Notes under the pieces: generated by a model
Database searches by the model: none
What the model was told of the DNA's origin: nothing
Seen by the model: only the letters and a program-made list of their open reading frames with translations
Source of the DNA: a virus
Taxonomy: Duplodnaviria > Caudoviricetes
Strand: one strand, 5' to 3'
IMG/VR virus record: IMGVR_UViG_3300027754_000089
Coordinates: 1 to 62,891 of that record
Length of the DNA stretch: 62,891 nucleotides
Made by a program: the position numbers and the translations under genes
In this document: positions 29,530-38,389 of the stretch, one piece after another
Layout of the letters: each line of letters opens with the position of its first letter
Position numbering within the stretch: position 1 is the first letter of the stretch

Positions 29530-30396
29530 TTAAAGAATTACCCAACGAGCACCAGATGCCAATGTAACCGACACAGAACTCGCAAGCGTGATTGGCCCTG
29601 TTGACATTGCACTCTGCGTTGCAGGTACTGAATAACTTGTGTTGATGGTTTGATTGTTTATAAATAAGCCATTCCCTGCAACCAACTGTTCTGATTGAAA
29701 GTCACCTGTGCTTGGTTTATACAGAAGTTTTGCGTTGGATGTGTAAACAGTTAGAGCCGTTCCGCTTGTTGCGGCGGCAAACAAAGGATATTGGTTGGTG
29801 GCTAAAGCTGTTTCGTTGGTGATGGCTGCTCCGCCAACAGAAGCCCATGCCGTTCCGTTATAGCCCTCAAACTGAGTCGTTGTGGTATTGAACCGCAACA
29901 TACCCGATACGCCTGTAGGCTGTTGACCTGTTGTACCCTTGGGCAACTGAAGTGCCGCCACACCCACATAAGAGGAAACCTTGACGTAATCCGTAGAACT
30001 GAATGCAACAATGGCTTTCTCGCCGGGATAAATGATTACGCCCGTTTGACCAGTCGCCTTGATCGTGACGTTGTATGTGGTGTCTAGGTTGTTAACAATA
30101 TAAGAACGGCTGGAACTTGGAGCTGTGATCGTCACACTTGCCGCCAAAGAACTGATACTTAATATGTAATACTGCGCTGTCGATGCGCCAATGTTTGTAA
30201 CTAAATATGTACCAGCCGTATTAGATAGGGTCAATGCGTTGGCTGTAAACGAAGCTGATGTCAAAGCCAATGTACCCGCAATAGAAATATCCAAGTACTG
30301 CGTTAAGCCATTGTTTACATCGTCACCCCAGTTACCAGACTCTGTACCTGTGGTAATAAGCGGTAAGCTTAATAGTGTTGTTGGTGTGATTGCCAT
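29530..30396 (-). CDS. Tail fibre anchor/proximal fibre protein
   Basis: GTESGNWG N-terminus; GMLRFNTTTTQFEGYNG repeat. Confidence 0.65.
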   Translation of the reverse strand: MAITPTTLLSLPLITTGTESGNWGDDVNNGLTQYLDISIAGTLALTSASFTANALTLSNTAGTYLVTNIGASTAQYYILSISSLAASVTITAPSSSRSYIVNNLDTTYNVTIKATGQTGVIIYPGEKAIVAFSSTDYVKVSSYVGVAALQLPKGTTGQQPTGVSGMLRFNTTTTQFEGYNGTAWASVGGAAITNETALATNQYPLFAAATSGTALTVYTSNAKLLYKPSTGDFQSEQLVAGNGLFINNQTINTSYSVPATQSAMSTGPITLASSVSVTLASGARWVIL

Positions 30397-30406
30397 GTTT
30401 TCCTCA

Positions 30407-31348
30407 TTATGTCGGTATCAAAACCCAATTTGGTGTTTCAGCATCATTAACATCTGTCCAGCCCGGGGTCTGTGTATTCCCTATATTCTGCCACGAAGCA
30501 GTCTGGCTGTCATCAATTAAACTCCAGAAAATAACTCCCATTGTTCCTACCTGCGCTACTGCGGCAACCCCCGTTAAAGTAGCGCCCCTGCCTGTCATTG
30601 TTACTGTACCAACCGCACCGCTAGAACCCACTCCTGTCAATGCAATTGTGATGTTTACTGCTGTTGTTCCAACCGCACCTGTTGCTGTAGCGCCGCCCAG
30701 AGGAACAGACAAAACCCCGACTGTACCTGTAGCACTGACCCCTGTTAGATCAATTGCATTCGTAGCTACAACCGTGCCTACATTCCCTGTTCCGCCTACA
30801 CCTGTTAACGTAATTGTTAAACTGGGAGCAACTGTACCTACGTTTCCTGTGGCAAAGTCGCCTGTCTCTGCATCTGAATTTGTGGGAGTTACAGTCCCAA
30901 CAACACCAGAAGAAGCCACCCCAGTTATATCAAACGACTTACTTGGAGTAACAGAACCTACCAACCCACTAGCTAAAACTCCTGTTAAAGCCCTTGTATT
31001 ACTTACAGCAACTGATCCCGTTGTACCTGTAGCACCTACACCAGATAGGACTACTGAGATGTTAACTGTGGTTGATCCTACCGCCCCGCTTGCCCCAACA
31101 CCTGTCAAAGCTATCGTTAGATTTGCCCCAACCGTGCCTACATTACCTGTTGCAAAATCTCCTGTTTCAGAGTCTGTATTACTTGCAACTACAGTACCAA
31201 GATTGCCCGTTGCCCCAACACCTGTTAAAGCAATTGTTAAATTAACGCCAGTCGAGCCTACACCCCCCGAAGCAACATCACCTGTTAGCGGGGTTAAACC
31301 TATTCCCCACGGGCCATCGCCCCAAGCATTACTGCCCCATCCAGCCAT
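30407..31348 (-). CDS. Repetitive Gly/Thr/Val virion protein
   Basis: About 12 LTGVxATGxVGTV repeats; WG-rich N-terminus. Confidence 0.65.
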   Translation of the reverse strand: MAGWGSNAWGDGPWGIGLTPLTGDVASGGVGSTGVNLTIALTGVGATGNLGTVVASNTDSETGDFATGNVGTVGANLTIALTGVGASGAVGSTTVNISVVLSGVGATGTTGSVAVSNTRALTGVLASGLVGSVTPSKSFDITGVASSGVVGTVTPTNSDAETGDFATGNVGTVAPSLTITLTGVGGTGNVGTVVATNAIDLTGVSATGTVGVLSVPLGGATATGAVGTTAVNITIALTGVGSSGAVGTVTMTGRGATLTGVAAVAQVGTMGVIFWSLIDDSQTASWQNIGNTQTPGWTDVNDAETPNWVLIPT

Positions 31349-31358
31349 AGGTCACCTA

Positions 31359-31859
31359 TCAGGTTGTAGACAAGCGTAACAAAGCAGTTGATGTTGTATT
31401 GGCAGGCATTGTCAATGTAAACGTACCAGCACTAATAGTCTGAGAGCCAAACGTGTGAACGCTGACTGCTGTATTATTTTGCGTAGAGTTGTACACCAAT
31501 ACACAATCAAAAGCGGTGGTCACCGTCAAAGCTGTCCACGAAAAGTCTGCGGAAGGAGTCCAGTAAGCCACGCCTGCTGTTATCGATGAATTGGTTGCCG
31601 TAACCGCATATGCGTTTGTAATTGTTACGCCGCCTGCCGTGTATCCTGTGCCTGAAGTGTTGGTCACTTCACCTGTAGCAGAATAAGCGGCAGTAGAAGC
31701 GTTAATCGTAGCAGACGCAAAATACAACGCCGCTTTAAACGTGTCTTTTGTAGGAGCAGTTAAGCTACCTCGACTGACCAATGTAATTGATCCAAACTGA
31801 TGCCCGCCGTTCATTAGCTGGCCCATAAAAGAAGTTGCCATTGATTGTGTATTTGACAT
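31359..31859 (-). CDS. Virion structural protein (paralogue of 32063..32506)
   Basis: Shared ALY/F...GEV..GTGYT.GG...YN...FG...FT..P pattern. Confidence 0.65.
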   Translation of the reverse strand: MSNTQSMATSFMGQLMNGGHQFGSITLVSRGSLTAPTKDTFKAALYFASATINASTAAYSATGEVTNTSGTGYTAGGVTITNAYAVTATNSSITAGVAYWTPSADFSWTALTVTTAFDCVLVYNSTQNNTAVSVHTFGSQTISAGTFTLTMPANTTSTALLRLSTT

Positions 31860-31868
31860 GATAAATCC

Positions 31869-32063
31869 TTATAGTGAAGCCGCTTCAGCAGATGCAAAAT
31901 TTGGCATCTTTTTTAAAGTTACGTGAGCTGATCTGTGAACCAACTCCCCATCTAACCAATACTCAACCCATGTTGTGTACTCGTTGTCATTATCGACTGA
32001 ACCTTCTCTTTTTTCAAGAAGAGACTCGTCCATGTCGCCTTTGGTTGTTGTTACTATTGCCAT
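31869..32063 (-). CDS. Small hypothetical late protein
   Basis: Coupled start; WVEYWLDGELVHRSAHV. Confidence 0.65.
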   Translation of the reverse strand: MAIVTTTKGDMDESLLEKREGSVDNDNEYTTWVEYWLDGELVHRSAHVTLKKMPNFASAEAASL

Positions 32064-32506
32064 TATGCAATCCTTAAAATAGCGCTGGAGGCCACAGCGG
32101 TTGGAAATTGAATCGTGAATGAATTGGTGCAGGTTTTATCCGCACCAAAATCAAGAATACAAACAGATGCGTTGCTTTGACTTGTATTGTAAATCATAGC
32201 CCCACGAGCTGTAAACGCAGCGGGTGTCCATACCACATTGGTAAACGACCAGTATGCGGTTGTTCCATTGGTGTCGCCTGATGTGGGCGTTGTAACAATC
32301 GTTAATGGTTGACCGCCTTGCGTGTAACCTGTGCCTACAACCTCCCCAACAAGGGCTGTGCTGTACGTAGGGGTAGATGCGTTAATGGTAGACGCCGCCG
32401 TGAACAAAGCAATGTAGAACGTATTGGGGCTGGTTGGCCCAAAGTTATGTAGACCTTGAGCTAACTGAACCTTAAAGCTGGTAGTAGCCGTTTGGTATAA
32501 AGACAT
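32063..32506 (-). CDS. Virion structural protein (paralogue of 31359..31859)
   Basis: Shared motif pattern with paralogue. Confidence 0.65.
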   Translation of the reverse strand: MSLYQTATTSFKVQLAQGLHNFGPTSPNTFYIALFTAASTINASTPTYSTALVGEVVGTGYTQGGQPLTIVTTPTSGDTNGTTAYWSFTNVVWTPAAFTARGAMIYNTSQSNASVCILDFGADKTCTNSFTIQFPTAVASSAILRIA

Positions 32507-33372
32507 CAGTTAACCCCTTGCCTAAACTGAGGAGTACGGTACGCATCTTGACGCTCCAACCCATCACCCAGACGTTTAGCCAATGCAAGGGCTTCCATGA
32601 ATTTGGTGTTGTACAACTGCATCATGTCGGCTTCACCCTTCATAAAGGTATAAGCCTCGACCAAGGAAGCATACAGTAGCACAGTATCAAAGTTATCCCC
32701 AAGCCAAGTCTGACCACTGGTGGCAACGGTAATAGACTCAGGATAATAGTAAAAATGCAACTCTGCATTGTAATTAATATCTGGTGTTGGCCCAAGGATA
32801 AAACTTAACTCATTGGTGATAACACTATTTGTTACAGTGGGGCCAAACAAAGCATAATACTGGGGCATACCCGTAGATGTAGGAGTTGGGTACGCTTGCC
32901 TGATAAAGTTAACATCTTTGTTCAACAAAAACAAATACTCGCCCTGGAAGGTGATTGCTCCAGATACCGTAGCACTATTGGCTATTGACAAAGAAATAGT
33001 ATTTGTGGATATGGCCGTCACATACGCGCCTGTACCAATCCCTGTGCCTGTTACATATTGACCTACTACGATACCTGTAGAGATTGACACCGTTATGGTA
33101 AACGCACCTGACGTTCCTGTAGCCGTAGGCGCGCTTGCAGGAGCTGTATAAATAGCTAAAGAGTACGTAGACAAGTAATCGTTTGGACAACTTAAATACT
33201 TATTGCCCGCAGTTAAAACTCCCGTCATGTTTTTACGCAAAGACGGAAATTGAACAGAGTTATAAATACGCTGTTCAGCTTGCGTGATAAAGACGGGCAA
33301 ATCCGCTATGAAAGTAGTTTCATAGTTTTGGGTGTAATCCTGAATTGCTGTCTTTAACTGCGTATAGTTCAT
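32506..33372 (-). CDS. Head-tail adaptor / tubular protein A-like with inserted beta module
   Basis: MNYTQLKTAIQDY...GMPQYYA...GPTPD...LLYASLVEA. Confidence 0.7.
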   Translation of the reverse strand: MNYTQLKTAIQDYTQNYETTFIADLPVFITQAEQRIYNSVQFPSLRKNMTGVLTAGNKYLSCPNDYLSTYSLAIYTAPASAPTATGTSGAFTITVSISTGIVVGQYVTGTGIGTGAYVTAISTNTISLSIANSATVSGAITFQGEYLFLLNKDVNFIRQAYPTPTSTGMPQYYALFGPTVTNSVITNELSFILGPTPDINYNAELHFYYYPESITVATSGQTWLGDNFDTVLLYASLVEAYTFMKGEADMMQLYNTKFMEALALAKRLGDGLERQDAYRTPQFRQGVN

Positions 33373-33376
33373 GTCT

Positions 33377-33616
33377 TTAAGCCATTGGCCCTCTAGCCAT
33401 TAAACCTTTAGTTGCTGCACCTGTACCACGCACTTTGATGCCTGATGTTTTTACACCGGGATATTCATTGCTGTGGGTATTGGCAACAGACACGTTGGCG
33501 TCTTTCATGTATTTCTTGTTGCTTGGGCCAGTGGTCTCACTGATGCCCACTTTTTTACCGCTCATGGTGTGAGGGGCAGCATAAGCAGACGCAGGTAAAT
33601 TGTTGATCTTAGCCAT
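33377..33616 (-). CDS. Small basic late protein
   Basis: Ends RGTGAATKG; coupled to neighbour. Confidence 0.65.
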   Translation of the reverse strand: MAKINNLPASAYAAPHTMSGKKVGISETTGPSNKKYMKDANVSVANTHSNEYPGVKTSGIKVRGTGAATKGLMARGPMA

Positions 33617-33816
33617 TATCGACCCCTTCCGGTATTGCGTTGATTGGCTGCACGAGCCATGTTGCGACCCATTGTCATCATCGCTTTACTTGTAACACCA
33701 CCAGCGGCAAGCTTGAGTTTGGTACCCTTACCGCCTTTATGCTCTTGCGAGTCGTGCTGTTTAAAGGCTTTTTTAATCATAGCCTTGTCTTGTTTCGTGT
33801 CTTCTTTGTCCATCAT
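33616..33816 (-). CDS. Small basic late protein
   Basis: AGGAG RBS; contains LAAGG. Confidence 0.65.
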   Translation of the reverse strand: MMDKEDTKQDKAMIKKAFKQHDSQEHKGGKGTKLKLAAGGVTSKAMMTMGRNMARAANQRNTGRGR

Positions 33817-33822
33817 TAACTC

Positions 33823-34212
33823 CTACGTTGTAACTATCGTAACTGTACCAACTTGCACCTCGGGCATCAAGTAGTTTGGTGTCAACACCGTATCAAAACT
33901 ACTTGCCCCACCCACAGGGTTCCACCCCCATTGAAATACTCGACTACCTTCACCCTGGTAGCCATCTGCCAACAAGCCAGACGCCACATAACTTAAATCC
34001 GGCCTTGGGTTCCTGACCGCTTGTGGGTCATCAACTGGATACATACCCAATTGCAACTGCGGCTGATCTGGATCCCAACACTGAGGACATACCAAAAGAT
34101 TGTAAACCTTTGTCTTGATAATCTCTCTTTTAAGTTCCTTTAACTTATAGCGAAAGCCACATCGATCACACTCCGCAATCGCATTCTTGCCGGAGGAAAA
34201 CTTATTGCCCAT
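33823..34212 (-). CDS. Zn-finger protein
   Basis: CDRC...CPQC. Confidence 0.7.
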   Translation of the reverse strand: MGNKFSSGKNAIAECDRCGFRYKLKELKREIIKTKVYNLLVCPQCWDPDQPQLQLGMYPVDDPQAVRNPRPDLSYVASGLLADGYQGEGSRVFQWGWNPVGGASSFDTVLTPNYLMPEVQVGTVTIVTT

Positions 34213-35159
34213 TAAGAGCCACCACCGATGTACATCTGTCTAGGCACAAACCTGACAGCCGCTTTCTCTTGATCCTCCTGGGCCGCATTGTTCCAAGCCT
34301 CGTCATATTGAGACTTTAAAACCGTCAAACGCTCCAAACCATTTGGTACTTTAAGCGCAATGTAGTAAGCCAAGCCAGCGGCTAGGCAAGGAATGAACCT
34401 GAACGGTACATCCATCGTGTTTACACCGTTGCCAGCGTCTTGCAAACGACGCATACGCCAATAAACCAACTGGTAGGACTGTGACCCATCAGGAGTTGGC
34501 CAAACGGTCACGCTTTGCTTCTGAGAGTAGTAGATCAAGTCGCCAACACTGTGTGCGGCGGCTGTTGTATTGCTTTGACCACGTACACAATTCAAAAGAT
34601 ACGCTGGCGCAGTAGATGTGGCCGCTTGATACTCGTTAAATGCTATCAATTCAGTACCAATTTTGATAAAACCTGCGTTGGGCACGTTGACCAAGGAGGT
34701 AATTGGGATGGAAGTGGTTGTTGTGGTGATTGCCGCTTGCAAAGTGCCCGGCAAAAGGGACTCTTGTGCAGATAAACGCTGAATCCATATCTGGATGGGG
34801 CGTCCTTGCGTTAATTTGTTGGGGATTGTGGCGTAAGTGGATACGCTGATACGCGTAATGGTCAAATCTGACTGATTACTGGTGTTGTTTGCGTTGGTTC
34901 TGATGACATGTTCCAACAAATCCACCGTATCGTCAGGCAAAGCATAGGTTGGCTGGCCTTGAACAAGCGTAATCATGTCTTGCTCAAACGTCCACATGTT
35001 GACACCACGGTTTGCCCAGTCAGCAAACATTAAATTCATCGACCTGCGGGCAGTTCTAAGGTCATAACCCGTACGCATCTCAGAACCCGCACGCTCAAAC
35101 GCCTCTTCCACCATCTCAGAAAGGTCAAGATTGAAAGCAGAAACGCTTGAAGTGGTCAT
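34212..35159 (-). CDS. Head completion/adaptor protein (P22 gp4-like position)
   Basis: EEAFERAG...TARRSMNL...WPTPD...AGLAYY. Confidence 0.7.
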   Translation of the reverse strand: MTTSSVSAFNLDLSEMVEEAFERAGSEMRTGYDLRTARRSMNLMFADWANRGVNMWTFEQDMITLVQGQPTYALPDDTVDLLEHVIRTNANNTSNQSDLTITRISVSTYATIPNKLTQGRPIQIWIQRLSAQESLLPGTLQAAITTTTTSIPITSLVNVPNAGFIKIGTELIAFNEYQAATSTAPAYLLNCVRGQSNTTAAAHSVGDLIYYSQKQSVTVWPTPDGSQSYQLVYWRMRRLQDAGNGVNTMDVPFRFIPCLAAGLAYYIALKVPNGLERLTVLKSQYDEAWNNAAQEDQEKAAVRFVPRQMYIGGGS

Positions 35160-35356
35160 TATTTTTTACTTTTTTTAGGTTTCCACCCAACTGGGGTCAT
35201 ACCCACGGGTTCTCCTGTTTCAGAAAACCGCATGTACTGCGCCGTCTTTCCGCCTTTAGCATACTGGGTAAAGTCAGTGTCATCCCGGCGAGCTTTCTTA
35301 GCGCCTTTGGGCATTTTGGAAGGGAGAATGTCTCCCATACCGCGTGAGGCTATCAT
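35159..35356 (-). CDS. Small basic late protein
   Basis: MIASRGMG..., contains YAKGG. Confidence 0.65.
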   Translation of the reverse strand: MIASRGMGDILPSKMPKGAKKARRDDTDFTQYAKGGKTAQYMRFSETGEPVGMTPVGWKPKKSKK

Positions 35357-35359
35357 GGT

Positions 35360-35731
35360 TTAACCAGCTTTGCCGCCGTGCTTCATGCCTAAAGGAGTGC
35401 TGCCAGACATTTTAATCATGGTGCCTTTGGTTTTGCCTTTGGTAGCAAGACCATCACGGCTAGGAGAAGCAGTTTTTACAGAACCCATTTTTGCGGAAGT
35501 CATTCCACCGTTTGCCATTTTGCTCATACCTTTTTTCTTAGCCATCATTGCCATGAAGCCGGGGTTCATTTTAGAAGCCATAGTATCACCACCTTTTGAG
35601 AATTTTTTGCCTTTATCGGCGTTGTTAAAATCTTGTCCCACGGATTGCGGAACTCCTACCTTCTTTGCAAAAGCTGGATTATGAGCAATTGCTTCCATAA
35701 AACGATGCTGTTTGCCACTTGTACTTGGCAT
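35360..35731 (-). CDS. Small basic Met/Lys/Gly-rich late protein
   Basis: Start MPSTSGKQ overlaps upstream stop; three xxxGG motifs. Confidence 0.7.
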   Translation of the reverse strand: MPSTSGKQHRFMEAIAHNPAFAKKVGVPQSVGQDFNNADKGKKFSKGGDTMASKMNPGFMAMMAKKKGMSKMANGGMTSAKMGSVKTASPSRDGLATKGKTKGTMIKMSGSTPLGMKHGGKAG

Positions 35732-35904
35732 TACTTTCTCCAAGCCTTAACCGTATCGGTTTCCCAAATACGTAAGCACAACCACACAATGGTCAGTACA
35801 CCACCAACAAGACCCACTACAGGGGGGAACCACTCCATAAAACCACCTAATCCTACGACTACTGCGGCTCCATCAGCCATTACTTTTACATCGTGATTGT
35901 CCAT
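35731..35904 (-). CDS. 57-aa two-TM membrane protein (not in ORF track)
   Basis: MDNHDVKVMADGAAVVVGLGG...LTIVWLCLRIWETDTV; coupled on both sides. Confidence 0.7.
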   Translation of the reverse strand: MDNHDVKVMADGAAVVVGLGGFMEWFPPVVGLVGGVLTIVWLCLRIWETDTVKAWRK

Positions 35905-36248
35905 TATATGTACCTGCCTTTGGTTTTGCCCCGCTGGGCTATCCCATCAGCGCGGCTAGATGCAGTTATTTTTCCACCTTTACTCATAGGCACAGAGTAA
36001 TATCTGCTTCCACGTTTTTCAATTTTAGAGCCTCTATTTTTTTCTGCTGCTTCGGCTTTATTAAAGGTTTCATGTTGTTTGCCTTTTAAAACAACATAAC
36101 TGTTTTCTGGCAAATCATTTGCAATTCGTTCATCATCGGATGTTGGAGCGACAGACCCCCAGTGCTCACTTTTTTTCTTGGGCTGCATGTTGTAGGCTTT
36201 TGCTGTTTCATAATCAAAATCACTGCCTTCTGGGTCAAATGTAGCCAT
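35904..36248 (-). CDS. Hypothetical protein with C-terminal MSKGG...RADGIAQRGKTKG tag
   Basis: AT-rich unique body plus shared C-terminal motif. Confidence 0.7.
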   Translation of the reverse strand: MATFDPEGSDFDYETAKAYNMQPKKKSEHWGSVAPTSDDERIANDLPENSYVVLKGKQHETFNKAEAAEKNRGSKIEKRGSRYYSVPMSKGGKITASSRADGIAQRGKTKGRYI

Positions 36249-36249
36249 A

Positions 36250-36495
36250 TCAACAATTCCAAGCCCGCAGGCTTTTGTTAATCCGGCTGTTTGGGTCTTT
36301 CGCTGTTTTCTCTGAAGTCAACTTCGCTTTCATGCCTGACATTCTTGCACAGAATGACTTCTTCCTTGATCCGCCCTCTGGTTGGGGAGGCTTTAAATTC
36401 ATCCCCTCCTTCTTTGCGGATGCCCGACCTTTGGCGTTTAAACCGCCTTTCGGATTCTTTCCTTCTTTGCGTTGCCATGCTGGGGACTTAGCCAT
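36250..36495 (-). CDS. Small basic late protein
   Basis: GGLNAKGRAS...RKKSFCARM...SLRAWNC. Confidence 0.7.
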   Translation of the reverse strand: MAKSPAWQRKEGKNPKGGLNAKGRASAKKEGMNLKPPQPEGGSRKKSFCARMSGMKAKLTSEKTAKDPNSRINKSLRAWNC

Positions 36496-36784
36496 AGAAC
36501 ACCGTTATACCAGTCACAGTACCCGTACTTGTTGTCAAATACAACCCAGTGGAAGCCAAAATACCTTCTCCGGGAATTAACACGGAAGTCGTATTTGGTG
36601 TGCCAAGGCTTGCTATGTCCATTGTGTATAAAACCTCAGCCGAAGCACCACCATCTCGAATTTCAAACGTGGCTGCTGTACTGGCTTTCGGAGCCACAAC
36701 AAAACCACGTAAACGAGTACGCCCTGTATAGTAAGAACCAGCCGCACTAAGGTGTGCGCTTTTAACGTCTGTTTGCATCGTCAT
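36488..36784 (-). CDS. Small virion structural protein
   Basis: AGGAG RBS; beta-rich, IPGEGIL...TVFYG. Confidence 0.65.
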   Translation of the reverse strand: MTMQTDVKSAHLSAAGSYYTGRTRLRGFVVAPKASTAATFEIRDGGASAEVLYTMDIASLGTPNTTSVLIPGEGILASTGLYLTTSTGTVTGITVFYG

Positions 36785-36797
36785 GTGATGCTCCTAA

Positions 36798-37331
36798 TTA
36801 GTTCTGTGTGGCAGAAGGCGTTAATGCACCGTTTGAATTGGCTACCATGTAACGGAACGTAATCTGAACAATACCAGCAGTGCTTGGTGAGCCTGTGGTA
36901 AATGTTGGGGTTGCGGACACAATTACGTCAGTACTACCAATACCAATTCCATTGGGAGCTGCGGTACTAGAAGCGCCAGCATAAGCTGTTACTTGGGTGG
37001 TTGTAAGCGTTGGGCTTTGACGACCAGCAGTCAAAATAGTCGTTGAAGGATAATACAAGTTAGCAGTTGTACCGTCCCCAATTGTCATTACTGCGGCTGT
37101 AACTGTGCCTGACAAAGTAGTCAAGGTATCAACAATTACGTCAACAATATGTGAGCCAGCGGGTAATGTAAAACAAGTAATGGCGGTGGCAGAAGTAGCG
37201 CCCACCATGTTTAACTGGACAGTCTGACAAACCAGTGTTGCGCCAGTATTTTGAATCGTACCAGCAGTTGTGCCAGTTGTGTTTTTTACAGTGCCCAATA
37301 ACCAAGGGCCAAGGTGAGTTGCGAATCCCAT
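36798..37331 (-). CDS. Minor capsid/decoration protein
   Basis: Follows capsid; Thr-rich; TLPAGSHIVDV. Confidence 0.6.
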   Translation of the reverse strand: MGFATHLGPWLLGTVKNTTGTTAGTIQNTGATLVCQTVQLNMVGATSATAITCFTLPAGSHIVDVIVDTLTTLSGTVTAAVMTIGDGTTANLYYPSTTILTAGRQSPTLTTTQVTAYAGASSTAAPNGIGIGSTDVIVSATPTFTTGSPSTAGIVQITFRYMVANSNGALTPSATQN

Positions 37332-37415
37332 GAGGATCTCCTTACATACAAGTTAAGCGTATCAGTCGGTATGTCGTCTGCCGGGACAGTTTGATACGCC
37401 GGAAAGCCCGGAATA
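37332..37415 (-). ncRNA. Candidate structured cis-regulatory leader (chained pseudoknot)
   Basis: Three perfect complementary pairs CCGGG/CCCGG, GCGTATCA/TGATACGC, ACATAC/GTATGT. Confidence 0.55.
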
Positions 37416-37429
37416 GTTCTAATATACAC

Positions 37430-37462
37430 CAAAAGAAAAGGGGGCACAAGCCCCCTTTTCTA
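37430..37462 (-). terminator. Intrinsic terminator after major capsid gene
   Basis: GAAAAGGGGGC-TTGT-GCCCCCTTTTC followed by TTTT. Confidence 0.85.
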
Positions 37463-37467
37463 CTCTA

Positions 37468-38376
37468 TCAAGAACCTGCTGATCCCCAGATTCCCAATGG
37501 GTCTGACCAACCGAATGAATAACGCTCACGAGCTTTGTAACGGACGTTGCCCGTGTCGAAGTCTCCATCCATTGAGTTAACCAAAGCCATACGCTCAAAG
37601 TGCTTCAAGCCGTTAGGTACGTCAGTCGTCAAATACCAACCGTTTGAATCGGTCAAGAAGTGATTAACACAGTAACCTTCAGGGATTGCGCCCATTTGTT
37701 TCAATGCGTTGATGTCATTGTCAGTAGTGCCGACGCGGAGTTCGGTATCTAACAGACGTTTTGCAACGAACATTAAAGCTGGGGGAACAATCAGCTTACG
37801 TGGTTTAGCGGCGATCAAAAGTCCACGCTCATCTGTCCAAGCAGCGATCTGAATAACGGCGGCTTCCAAGGAAGTCTCGTTCAAATCAACTTGGGTTGTA
37901 GGAGTGTTGGAGTTTGTACCACCGTTCACCAATGGGTGAGCAGTATTGAACAAAGAAACATTGTCGCCACCAAGGTAAGCCGCGCTGAAACCGTTATTGA
38001 CAACGGAAGCAGCTTTAACTTGCTTGGTGTACGCCATAGCACGGGCCAACGCTTTGGTATAACGTGCAGACAATGAGTCATACAAGTTATCTTCCACAGC
38101 TTCTTCAGTGATGGAGAAGCCTAAAGCAATAGTCTCGTGGTTATAGCGAGCCGTGAAAGCTTCTTGCGCATTGTCATAAGCAATGGAAGAACCTTCATTT
38201 TTAACAGGAGCAGCGGAGAAACCAGCAAGCTTGGTCTCTTCTTCAAAGCTACGCTCAGATTTCTCTGTTTCGTAAAACTCTTTATGCTCTTCGCCGTAAC
38301 GTGCATACTCTAAACCGAACAATGCGTTCAAGCCTGGGAGTAACTCTTTTAATAGTTGTGCGCGGGAAATAGCCAT
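37468..38376 (-). CDS. Major capsid protein
   Basis: MAISRAQLLKELLPGLNALFG..., DFDTGNVRYKARERYSFG; strong codon bias; followed by terminator. Confidence 0.9.
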   Translation of the reverse strand: MAISRAQLLKELLPGLNALFGLEYARYGEEHKEFYETEKSERSFEEETKLAGFSAAPVKNEGSSIAYDNAQEAFTARYNHETIALGFSITEEAVEDNLYDSLSARYTKALARAMAYTKQVKAASVVNNGFSAAYLGGDNVSLFNTAHPLVNGGTNSNTPTTQVDLNETSLEAAVIQIAAWTDERGLLIAAKPRKLIVPPALMFVAKRLLDTELRVGTTDNDINALKQMGAIPEGYCVNHFLTDSNGWYLTTDVPNGLKHFERMALVNSMDGDFDTGNVRYKARERYSFGWSDPLGIWGSAGS

Positions 38377-38389
38377 TTTATATTACTCC

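Noticed and set aside
26234-30396. Diversity-generating retroelement acting on the tail fibres
   Set aside because: No reverse transcriptase and no template/variable repeat pair seen
30390-31379. 329-aa plus-strand ORF
   Set aside because: Antisense shadow of the repetitive Gly/Thr/Val structural gene; no RBS and wrong strand for the operon
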